64,000 bases of DNA from NCBI GenBank assembly GCA_964016885.1, contig OZ024747.1:74462001-74526000 (forward strand), in the 5' to 3' direction. How positions within the stretch are numbered: position 1 is the stretch's first letter; the number at the start of each line of letters is the position of its first letter. This document shows positions 38,601 through 50,469 of this stretch, one piece after another. This DNA comes from Eledone cirrhosa. Its lineage: Eukaryota. The notes beneath the pieces are model-generated. The model did no database searches. It was not told the origin of the DNA and worked only from the letters and a program-made list of their open reading frames with translations. A program made the translations under genes and the position numbers.

Positions 38601-39064
38601 CGGTTCGGGATAAACTCTACAGGCACGGAAGTGCTGTCAGACGAACCTGCCCGAGATGCGCGCAGAGCGACGAAACCGTTCTGCACGCACTCGTCCAGTG
38701 TCCGTGCATTGCTGACTTGTGGGGTTATGTCGAACAGCTATTGTCGCGTGTAGAACGGATCCGGCTATCGTCCGAGTCCATAGTGAAGATTGACCCGCCG
38801 CCTTCTTTTGGTCAGGAAGGGCAGGCAATTTTCCTCTGCCTGGTGGCAGTAGCGAAAGAGGTTGCATGGTGGACCAGGTTGAAAGGACTGAAGACAGACA
38901 CTTTTCTCTTCGGCCAATCCCTCATCAACTTCTTCAAGTTTCACTTGGAAAGGAAGGTGAGGGTGGAGAGAGAAGTGCTGCCCCCCAGTACATTTACTGA
39001 AAGGTGGGTGAATGTGGCGAGAATGGCCCGCGTGAGTGGGCCTACTCTGATCATGCGCCTGTAG
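35645..39064 (+). CDS. ORF2, APE endonuclease / reverse transcriptase / CCHC (1139 aa)
   Basis: SLNVRGL, SETR, GDWN, SDH; KSPGLDGLPYE, FRPITLLN, LDQSKAFDRV, VRQGCPLS, AYADD; CPRC...H...C. Confidence 0.97.
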   Translation: MAIRVGSLNVRGLGSPWKQGHLLNDLRSLGMDVIAISETRISDTRALAPIFDDYQIFASVSRPGMGGGVAVLFRKCLDLEVRSIFRDPDGKLVVLDVSNSEGGAFRLVAVYAPTGAGRPDFFRRLENFLLTSRPLLLIGDWNGILEARWDCVGVSDRSGGCKSLKYLISQFQLSDRYRLDFPNAPVWTWTNRIGSSRSYIDRIFIRKRDRNSVGCPHFKTVAYSDHKLVICMVDLDKTRRLGPSYWKLNMSFPARKAYRDRVNNLVKQKLTGGVVNNRWWGALKREIRATSIGFSKEVAIEKNRKEEGLIAKLDEAICSGIATDVLAARMALDHFFNAKHEGCIVRAKARALRNEGSKAARWARFAETQRGNKTTIRSLTDRDGHELSDSKQMCEAFRQHFARLFGRMGESETAADFSPYLDGLPRLSTADAERCEEPITSAEIQDALVGCSSRKSPGLDGLPYELYVNMPDLFSDLLEALYCNWQQNGSIPSSVSRGVVTLIRKDENKRDTLDNFRPITLLNTEFKILAKVLAKRLALVVKDLVGEAQTCAIPTRSIHDNLHLMRYIIERVGCKPGFGGALINLDQSKAFDRVDHRYLEAVLEAAGFGPVFRSWIAAMYSGIRSVVKVNGHLSEPFQISRSVRQGCPLSSLLYVLTLEPLLRKLELLQGIPLEPGRRKAASAYADDITVMVSDTSEIEVIRTHLEEYERLTGAKLNPEKSVGLQLGTWRGKSMPSNSVVGRWTDGPVKLLGVWFGPDLQVDKNWDEVTSRIANLTQKWAERKLSLKGRAEVANAYIASVIYYRLTVVPCPRPRLANLERLLFKFLWRGRVPLVRRSICCQHPLRGGLGMPWLMMRRHALRLRHLQIFCLNGEQVWSPFVRRAFPQLISLTELQSWVKKRPRLGDWHLECCQALTALCKVGNAVSGTSTQDFYRGLVEGKCDDVLGEALGVNEVELTSMFRRTFEPGTMDNFQKSLAWQCYRGTLPVRDKLYRHGSAVRRTCPRCAQSDETVLHALVQCPCIADLWGYVEQLLSRVERIRLSSESIVKIDPPPSFGQEGQAIFLCLVAVAKEVAWWTRLKGLKTDTFLFGQSLINFFKFHLERKVRVEREVLPPSTFTERWVNVARMARVSGPTLIMRL

Positions 39065-39379
39065 GCTGGTGAATTCGAGAAGGAGAGGGGTGCCCTTCCC
39101 GGGTGCCCTAGGAGCGTCGGGTGGCTCAGGACTGGTGGGGTGCTTGAGTCAACCCTGGGTGGTGATCCCTCTTATTGGGGAACTTTCATTGTTGTATTTT
39201 TATTGTTATTTTGTTTTTTTGTTATTTATACTTACTCGATCTCTATGTAAACCCCCACTGTCCCTGTCTATTGTGTTGTCCCCTATATGTCGGCCCTTGT
39301 GGCCAATAAATGAAATCATTATTATTATTATTATTGTTATGTGTGTGTGTATGTATATATGTGTGTATATATGTATATG

Positions 39380-39433
<54 letters not shown>

Positions 39434-41230
39434 TATATTTCTTCTTTTTCTTTTTTTTTTTTTCTCCTCGTGCAATGGCCATATTCGATAACGAGGGGGG
39501 CAGCCATCATGTATGTATGTATGGACTGGTAACCCTGATGGAGCTGTAGGACCTCGTTGCCATATAATATACACTTACAGGTGTGCCTGCAATGACTATT
39601 TCATATTATTTATCCAATATACTCATCTATTTTGAAGACAATAGAGCAATTTGGAGGATATATTTTCTTGCTATTACTAGCCGTCATCCTTTCTGATTCG
39701 AGTTACGTTTAGTCAATTAATGTAACAGATTAAATCGGGGTGTTTGCAGAGCAATCTCAGAGTTGGATAGTATCCCCTGTAGTATTCTCTCTGGTTCACT
39801 CTTCCAGAAATGTTACATGCTTAAATCATTTCCCTCTTTGAAACTAAATACTATTATTAACTCCCTAAAATATTTAATGGCAGATTGCAATCATCATATT
39901 AACAGATCACTATTTTATTAACTCGTACATTCTACACTGTACATTACGACATGTTGTTGGAGAGGTCGTTGTTAGCTTTTATTTTATTTTAGATTCAGTA
40001 TGTTTTTAGATATTGCTGTGGCTTCTCTTTCCTTGTTTGTGACCTGAAATACAATTATAACTATCATATTTTCTTAATAAATTGGAACTATCTAAGGCAA
40101 ACCTGGTGACATGAATCTCTCTGAGTTCTTTCTAAATGTATTTCCTGAAAGGAACTCATTAAAAAAAATATATATATTTAATGTCAATCGATTTCGTGAA
40201 TATTGATTCTAAATTCTTCCGAAATATTCCTTTTTTTCTTTCAATTTTAAATACTTATGAGAGGAATTCGCTACTACTTCCTCTTTTGCCAGTCTCTTCA
40301 AATGATTCACAAATATTGATCGATTCCGGGTTATTGAGACTATAGTATGGAATTTTAAGAAATCTGAAAGTTAATGTGAAGTACAAAATATAATGAAATG
40401 AAAAAAAATCGAATTCTCCGTTATAATGATTATAATTTACTAGAAATCAAGGACAGATTCATCAGATATGAATTTTAATGTATGAATATAGAGATATTGG
40501 AATATTACAGATAGTTCTGCATAATTACAGATAATTACACATAATGTTTATATTATAGACATGAAGCTTGTGATTTTAAAAAATGGGGGTAGACATTATA
40601 TGTATTTCTAGCGTACTCCACAACATTACGGTCCTGTTTGGACTAGAATTATCCCAATGAAGACATGAAGATAATTGAATATATTTGTTTGGAAGGCAGC
40701 ATTTCTTAAACAACAATAATTCCCTGGAAAGTACTCCTGCAAATCAGGCTGAAACAGCTAAACACGCTGTTGGGAGTCTACCTTATCATCATAGTCACTC
40801 AGCATTTTATCATCCATCAAGTACTAATGTCTTGTAGTCTTCCCGATCACTGCCACTGCCACAAAGAAAAGCCGTATATATGTACACATATAAAAAGGGT
40901 TTCACATTGAGGGTTTCATTGATTAGGCTCAGTTACGAACGTTTCACAGATGGGTAGCACAAGATCCATATGTGTATCATAGACCCAACTATGAGCAGAT
41001 TGGGGTTGAAGTCGGGCCTGTAACACAAATACGGTTCTTGAGCCACCCATCAGTGAACGGGTCGGACCTGGGCCTAATATAAAAACCTCAATGTGAAACC
41101 TCGTTTTCGTGTTAATATTTATATTCTGCTATAGCACAAAGTGCTAATATTGGTACCTCCCCCAGTAAATCACAAATCTACTGAATCATCTATCATATAT
41201 ATGTATTGGAGTTATATATATATATATATA

Positions 41231-41285
<55 letters not shown>

Positions 41286-41387
41286 ACAGGGAGAAAGAGT
41301 TTACTTTGTGTGAAGTGTTAGGGTATTAGTTGATTTATTTATTATTTAACAATGCCATTTATTTATGTATTTATATATATATATATA

Positions 41388-42221
41388 TATCATAAATCAT
41401 GTCCTTAGAATTATTAGATAAAATATATACCATTTCCTCTCCCAATTAGCATAATTAACCATATAAAAAATCAATTAGACCAAGCTATAAGAATAAAGGC
41501 TCCTATGAAGAAATTTCCGACAAATAACCGAAAGCGGCCTCTTCGCGGTGGCCCCGATAGAGTATGTATCCAACATTTCAACAGCATGTAGAAACCGACT
41601 AAATTTACCCTCAACCATACACAATTAGGTGTAAATTCAAACTTAGAAGAAATGTGTACATACCGTAATTATATCTCTACCATGGTTTCGTCCGTATTTT
41701 TAGACATCCAATTAACGGGATATATCCAGAGTATCAGACTCATCAGGAGTAAACTCAAAATTAGACATTTAATTTTCCCAAGTGATCGCGCCAAAAATAG
41801 ATTCAAAAATGGCTAAGAATCGTGACGTGGCAGTGGTCAAGTTAGAAAGAATGTGATTAGTTGCTTACGGCGTGTAGGCTTGTTGCTAGAAAGCGCAGCC
41901 CAATATCGCCCAATTGTATCTCAATCTAACGGGAGATTATTAAATATAAAGATTTACATATACATAAAGTCCTAGATATATATGTTTTGCAACCGGTCAC
42001 TTTGTGGCTCTATGAAGAATTAATAAATTAAATAATCAGAGCAATATATCATAAATCATGTCCTTAGAATTATTAGATAAAATATATACCATTTCCTCTC
42101 CCAATTAGCATAAATACTGTTGGATAAATACTCTATCAGGGCCACCGCGAAGAGGTCGCTTTCGGTTATTTGTCGGAAACTTATTCTTATAGCTTGGTCT
42201 AATTGATTTTTTATATGGTTA
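41388..42221 (-). mobile_element. short hammerhead-bearing element, terminally redundant with an inverted cap
   Basis: Direct repeat 41388-41453 / 42047-42113; inverted repeat 41456-41576 / 42118-42221; starts in (TA)n. Confidence 0.8.
41675..41749 (-). ncRNA. type-I hammerhead ribozyme
   Basis: CUC-CUGAUGA-GUCUG[extended stem]CGGAC-GAAA-CCAUGG-UA^-GAG; palindromic stem III ACCAUGGU. Confidence 0.85.
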
Positions 42222-42419
42222 AATGAAAAGAAATAATAAAGACACCAGGATTTTTTCATTCTGCTGAATGAAAGCAATTTTGGTTGCTTTCAAAGAACCA
42301 CTGGTAAATGAAATAATTACCTTATGTTGTTTATTACATAACTATATATATATATATAGTCATATATATATATATATATAGTTATGTAATAAACAACATA
42401 AGATAATTATTTCATTATA

Positions 42420-43305
<886 letters not shown>

Positions 43306-43306
<1 letters not shown>

Positions 43307-43697
43307 CCGAATTCTTTCGCTAATATAAGGGTTCCCTCCCTTGCTGAATACCATGTGCGTCATTCGGCTTCGGGGCCCTTCTATACTGTGGAACTAAAGA
43401 CTCGTTGATAAGGAATTGCAGAAACCCAAGAAGCTAGATTTAACATCACTCTAGCGGGTCCGGGTAAGTTTTACATTCATTTAATTTATTAATTTATTGA
43501 TATTTTATTTGAGTGACCCGAATCTTCCTGGTGGTTTATTTTCGGCTGCATGGGTGATTTTAGGCATGACCTCTATGTGTTGGTATTTTAACGGTAGTTA
43601 TAGCTCTGATTTTTCCAAATTATTGAGCCCTCTGCCACACATATCGGATATTGTTTATCGTGATTTCGTGGGCTGAAATTCCGATTCTCGATTATTC

Positions 43698-43700
<3 letters not shown>
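43306..43700. mobile_element. unclassified ~400-bp interspersed repeat (inverted diverged copy at 51470-51890)
   Basis: Shared colinear blocks (gcccacgaaat, cagagctataac, ttacccggaccc, ttgggtttctgc, gcaagggagg); bounded by TA tracts. Confidence 0.7.
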
Positions 43701-43732
<32 letters not shown>

Positions 43733-43736
<4 letters not shown>

Positions 43737-45402
43737 TATAATGAAATGACAGGAAGCTGGATTTGTGCAAATCCTTGAAAGGTTTATTATACTATGATCA
43801 TTTCAATGACCGGGTTCCGTATGAATCCGGTGATATCATCAGGTATTCGAAATATAATACGTGAATGTAATAGATAAAATCCATGGGGCTGAAAATCGAG
43901 GAACCGAGGGCGACCGCTATCCTGCTCCTTTAACCTCAGCCGGTCGCCCTCGAGTGACGTGGCTAAAGTTTACAGTGCTTGTAAAAATAAATTTCCCATT
44001 CTTTCGGTAAATGAAAATACTCGGCGTAGCTTAATTCGCCCTGGGGCCCGGAGCGCGGCCGGTGTTTTAACCGCCACATAGTACCTTTAAATTACAGATC
44101 AAATCGGAACTATTAGATATATCAACCTGAAAATGTTAAACTGTTTAACTTTAAATTTTCTAACCTCTTTAATATTGAATATTGATTATTAATTTTTTAA
44201 CTTCATCCTATAAGTCTAAACAAAAACATAACGTTCCAATATTCCGCTCACACATTATAATTTTCAATTTTCTGTTTGTTCAATTCTCACACATTATAAT
44301 TTTCAATTTTCTGTTTGTTCAATTCTCAATCTTCTTACTCTTTACTTTTATAATGTTATTCTGAATTCTTTCAACTTCATCCTATAAAGTTAAGCAATAT
44401 TTTAGGGTTCCAACTTTCTGTCGGACTGTTGGGTGGGTTTTAATGGCGGCGCGACAAGCCCCCTGGCGCACGGGCATACCTGGAGTGCTTGGAAAAAAAT
44501 TTCCCCTTCTTTCGGTAAATGAAAATACTCGGCGTAGCTTAATTCGCCTTGGGCCCGGAACACGGCCGGTGTTTTAACCGCCACATAGTACCTTTAAATT
44601 ACAGATCAAATCGGAACTATTAGATATATCAACCTGAAAATGTTAAACTGTTTAACTTTAAATTTTCTAACCTCTTTAATATTGAATATTGACTATTAAT
44701 TTTTTAACTTCATCCTATAAGTCTAAACATTGTAACACACTGACCCCCAATATATTCACCGCTGCTAAGATGCGGGTCCCTGTGAAAATTTTCTCGCGCC
44801 ACTCCTGGCCTGACTGTGGTCTGACATTAATATCGACCTTTCTTCCTCTTTCTTTCTATCTTCCTTCTTGTAGCCATCAACCCTTACTTTTCTACTTCTC
44901 CCTTCTCTTCCTTCTCTTCTCCCCTCTTCCTGTCTTCCTCCCGCAGACTTATCTTCCTTCCCCCTTTTGTTTGCCTATATCTGACCGGTAGTAGTTGTCT
45001 TTCTTCTTATAGCTGACATTAACCCTGGCTTCTCTTCTTCTTCCTTCCCCCTTCTTCTCTCTCCTTCCTTTCTTTCTTTCTTTTATCTTGTGGCATGAGA
45101 TTGACGCTAACTTATGTTCCCATCCCTTTCTGTTTTCGTTTATCTGACCGGTAGTAGCACACTGTAAACTTTAGCCACGTCACTCGAGGGCGACCGGCTG
45201 AGGTTGAAGAGCAGGATAGCGGTCGCCCTCGGTTCCTCGATTTTCAGCCCCATGGATTTTATCTATTACATTCACGTATTATATTTCGAATACCTGATGA
45301 TATCACCGGATTCATACGGAACCCGGTCATTGAAATGATCATAGTATAATAAACCTTTCAAGGATTTACACAAATCCAGCTTCCTTTCATTTCATTATAA
45401 TA
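43733..45402 (+). mobile_element. fold-back PLE-like element with hammerhead
   Basis: Inverted arms 43733-43978 / 45160-45402; internal direct repeat 43990-44222 / 44497-44729. Confidence 0.85.
45290..45347 (+). ncRNA. type-I hammerhead (mirror 43789-43846, minus)
   Basis: AUAC-CUGAUGA-UAUCACCGG...CCGGUCAUU-GAAA-UGAUCA-UA^-GUAU, followed by AATAAA. Confidence 0.8.
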
Positions 45403-45549
45403 TTTAACTCCGTAATAGCACCACCAACTACAAAAACAAAGACGGTTGAACTGCTTTACGTTGAGTACTCTCTATATTATTACATTACGATTGACCATAC
45501 GGAATAGACCAGCTCTATACAGTGGTGAACCTCAAACCTGAATATATAT

Positions 45550-45677
<128 letters not shown>

Positions 45678-45689
45678 ATAATAATAAAA

Positions 45690-46903
45690 TTGAAGACTAA
45701 AATCCAAAGAGGGCTCGATAAGGATAAATATATATCAAATATATAAGAACCGTAGAGCAAATATTTATTTAAATAACAGATTCAAGTTTAAGCAAATAAT
45801 CGCTGCTTTCACCCTTAACGGGATCTTCTGAAACTAACAAAGTCAATCTGTAAACGCAGAACTGGATATTTCAAAAAACGTTGCAACCGGAGGAAGACAG
45901 GAAGACGATACTTTGGTTCGTGGAAACGTTCGCTGGCAAAGAACGGGGGAAAACGAATAATACGTCATTAATAGGAGCGGTGAAAAACAATTACGCGCAA
46001 AGACAGAACCACGTTTATGGTATAAAAGAGGTCGTAGACTAATGTTCTCTTAGGTGGTGCATAGAGACGTTCTCTGGCAATGAACGAAAAAACGAAGATA
46101 ATAAGTCATATGTGGAGCGTGGAGAACAATAGCACGCAAAGACAAAACCACGTAAATGGTATAGCAGAAGTCGTAGACTAAAATTCTAACTAGGAGACCA
46201 AATGAATCTCCGCTACAGAGTTAAGAACAAAGTAAATAAATACAATACAGAAGTAATAGAAATAAATAAATACATACACGCAAACAAATACGTACATACA
46301 CAAGCATACGCAAAACCTTACCATAGGTATACAAAACCACGCACATATAAATATGTGTGTGTGTGTATGCTTGTGTACAAATAAATAAATAATTATATAA
46401 ACGTATATAAGTAAATAAATACGTATATAACAAGCGCACACACATACCTACATATAAATACACGAATGTTCGGAGACGTAAGTCAACTAAAACAAGAAGT
46501 ACACATATACACACACCCACTATACGTACGAACCTGCATACTCACGCAGACGCAAAACTCCCGTATACACATAGCCAAACCCTAAATACCAGAATATGTA
46601 GAAATTATACGCCATAACAATCAAGTATACGTACGAGAAGGTATACATACCTTCACAAAACATACGGGTAATATATACTTACCTATGCAAATAAGTAAAG
46701 GAATAAACAAAACATATACTTAGCTCCCACATCAAGACGTAAAATATCCACGTATAGATCGTACTATCCGTTAGGGTATAACGTGGGGCTGTAATACAGG
46801 AAAGTTTTGTGCAATTTATGTTTACAAGTCGAAATTGCCTCAGATTTTTTGTTTAAGATGTGGTCTGTGGCGTAGAGTATTTCCAGGGCCTCAGCAGCAT
46901 GCG
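45690..46903 (-). mobile_element. 5'-truncated Penelope-like element (endonuclease C-terminus plus 3' UTR)
   Basis: 46901-46764 translates HAAEALEILYATDHILNKKSEAISTCKHKLHKTF...*, similar to the other two PLE C-termini; hammerhead-like motif near the 3' end. Confidence 0.75.
45785..45835 (-). ncRNA. degenerate hammerhead (U4 to A)
   Basis: AGUUU-CAGAAGA-UCCC(GUUAA)GGGU-GAAA-GCA[9 nt]UGC-UU^-AAACU. Confidence 0.6.
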
Positions 46904-47041
46904 TATATATATATGTGGTTCGTTGTTCCTATGATGCCTGCTAGGTTAGGAGTAGTAGAGAAGGATATTTTTATATTGTTCCTATTAAGAATTCTTCTAT
47001 ACCTATGGTTGGGTGGGAAGTTCTTCTCTAAGGCTTCGAAT

Positions 47042-47812
47042 ACTCCTAACCTAGCAGGCATCATAGGAACAACGAACCACAGTAAGATCACCAAGACACA
47101 GCACCTCGACGCAGACGCACCTACACCTGACAATAACTGTATCGGCCTTAACAACTCCCTGACAGCATCCAATAGTGTTGGCAACGGCATCCGCAGACGC
47201 AACCAGAATGACCGCGAAGTGACTGGGGAGCATGCAAAACATGGCGTGCGGAATAACAATCGCACCATCCCGCGTGCTGTGGGTTGTAATTGTGCTAACG
47301 ACAGCTGCGGTAACGCAGCTAGCAACGTAGGCAGCAACAATGATAGCCTTATCGTGGGAAATAGACGGAACAGCGACAGAAATTGTAACTGCCGCGACAG
47401 AGGACGGTGCCCCCTTAGAGGATACTGCTTGACCGATAGGGTTATATATAGATGCACTATTACTAGCCACAATAGCGTTAAACATTATATAGGGGCCACC
47501 TCCGGCCCGTTCAAAATTAGGTTTCGAACACATCTCCACTCTTTCACAAATAGAAAACTAAGGCACTCCACCTCGCTCGCGGACTACATCACATCACTAA
47601 AGGACTTAAACATTAGCTTCTCCACGCACTGGGAGATTTTCGACAGGGCTGCACCGTACAACTTCAAGAGGAAATGCGATCTTTGCCTCATGGAGCTCTA
47701 CCACATCATAACTGCACCCCACGAGCTCATCAACAGCAGAGCCGAAACAGCGATAAGTTGTACACATCGCTTAAAAATATCCTTCTTTAGATGGGTTAAG
47801 AATGAAGAGTGA
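47042..47812 (+). pseudogene. PLE linker plus GIY-YIG endonuclease fragment
   Basis: CNCRDRGRC (CxCx5C), VIY...YIGAT...FKIRFRTH, CDLCLME, CTH. Confidence 0.92.
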
Positions 47813-48060
47813 AATAGCACACTGGATCTCCCTGCAACAAGTCTTAACACCCCGGCGGGCAGGCGCAGCAAAATAACACCCAGAAAACAATCCCTGCATA
47901 CCAAAAATTATCCGGGAAAGACTGCCCTAACACCGGCCAAAGTTACCTCCCTTGACCTGCTGCAAAATCAAAACAAGATATTTTTGCGAGCAATGAATCT
48001 TGATGTGGATTTAACCCCCAAAACTCTTTCCGAACTATATAAGGAACACTTGTGATTGTT

Positions 48061-48105
48061 TATGCCCTTGAGAAGCCCAACTGGGCGAAACGTACGTAGG
48101 TGATA
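48061..48105 (+). ncRNA. hammerhead ribozyme, putative U3-A8 core variant
   Basis: CC-UUGAGAA-GCCC(AACU)GGGC-GAAA-CGUACG-UA^-GG; palindromic ACGUACGU. Confidence 0.7.
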
Positions 48106-48158
48106 TTTTAAATAAACATGTTTTAACGGTCTATTCTCCGATTTTTCACTTTCCCACG

Positions 48159-48618
<460 letters not shown>

Positions 48619-48805
48619 ACATCCAGTAAAACTTGTCAGCAATATATTTAAAATCTACATAAAAAAGCTAAACAAAACTAATTTAGAGAAGTATATACAT
48701 AAAGATCGTCTTAAAATAAAAGACATTTTAGATTACATTACCGTGATCTACCAGTTGGTCAGTCAGTATTTCTTATTTAAGATATTCTATAAGTATATAT
48801 ATATA

Positions 48806-48881
<76 letters not shown>

Positions 48882-49553
48882 AATGGAACCCTAAAACTTC
48901 ATTGTGTGTGATAGCTCAAACCAATACAGGTTTAGCTGGCCTCCTCCAACTTCTTTGTTGCGGCGCGAATTCTTTGACTATGTAGTCATGAGTGCCTTTA
49001 ATTATATATGTATACAATATGTAGGGTCCCGAAGTAAATTGTTAGGCCTCCACTGTCAAAAAGGGTACTCAATGCGTTTATGATTTATTATGAATGAAAC
49101 AGTTCTACTTCTGTAAAAGTCATTTCTATAATAAAATGAAGACATATATTTGGTCAATATCTATATATACACATATAGGTGTGTATACATCATTTGCAAC
49201 GGAATGCCATCGCATAAGATTTCGTTTGACTTGATTAACAAGTCTGATGAGCAAATTAGATTAGAGTCGGATCTATAACATTAACATACATCCTGAGCCA
49301 TTCATCTGTAAACGGTCCTAATTGAGCATAATCAACAAAGAGTGTGAAACTTCGTTTTGTTCATAATACATACATACACGTTTTATATATATATATTGTC
49401 CTAATAACTTTTTTTAGTTATTGTCGCACCAACGTGAGGTATATGATTTTTAATGCGATGAAATACCAATGATCGTTGGCAAATCACTGATGAGGGACTC
49501 ATTTTATAACATGTAATCAATGTGCAACCATGCAGTATTCTTCTCCCCATATT

Positions 49554-49740
<187 letters not shown>

Positions 49741-49754
49741 ATGTTAAACATTTT

Positions 49755-49795
<41 letters not shown>

Positions 49796-49846
49796 TCAAT
49801 AGGTAATGTTAAACAAACTCCCAGAGTATACACATAGTTATTCGCT

Positions 49847-49881
<35 letters not shown>

Positions 49882-49887
<6 letters not shown>

Positions 49888-50469
49888 ATACTTTGGGAGG
49901 GTCATGTTGCCAATAAGAAACACACGCACCAGTTGCTTTCACTTCAATTTATTATATATTTATAAATTTATAAATTTACAAATCTACAAACCTATAAATT
50001 TCTGGTTGGTTGGTTGGTTCCACAACCAGATAGTTGTTTATATATATAGTCATAGTCCTTTCGTCACACACTCTGTGACCTCTTCAGTGACTGGGGATTC
50101 CTTTCTTCGTTTCTGTGCCTTTTCTTTCTTCTATCCTACGCCATTTTGTTTCTGTGTAGGATAGAAGAAAGAAAAGGCACAGAAACGAAGAAAGGAATCC
50201 CCAGTCACTGAAGAGGTCACAGAGTGTGTGACGAAAGGACTATGACTATATATATAAACAACTATCTGGTTGTGGAACCAACCAACCAACCAGAAATTTA
50301 TAGGTTTGTAGATTTGTAAATTTATAAATTTATAAATATATAATAAATTGAAGTGAAAGCAACTGGTGCGTGTGTTTCTTATTGGCAACATGACCCTCCC
50401 AAAGTATAACAATATCGGTTTCAACACACGATTTCAGATAAAGAATCTTGCTAAACAAATTCAGAAACG

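Larger units (their letters stand above)
33494..39336 (+). mobile_element. full-length Tx1-type (L1 group) non-LTR retrotransposon
   Basis: 5' UTR, two intact ORFs 29 nt apart, 3' UTR with AATAAA; (ATT)n on both sides. Confidence 0.93.
46915..48158 (+). mobile_element. 5'-truncated Penelope-like element with 5' inversion
   Basis: GIY-YIG domain, 3' UTR with hammerhead and AATAAA, inverted 5' segment, TA tracts on both sides. Confidence 0.92.

Noticed and set aside
39460-39595. CTCCTCGTG motif suggesting an HDV-like ribozyme
   Set aside because: Could not assign the P1, P2 and P3 pairings by eye.
49236-49520. Two CTGATGA motifs (about 49243 and 49487)
   Set aside because: Stem II/GAAA or stem I cannot be drawn convincingly; possibly decayed hammerheads, but unsupported.
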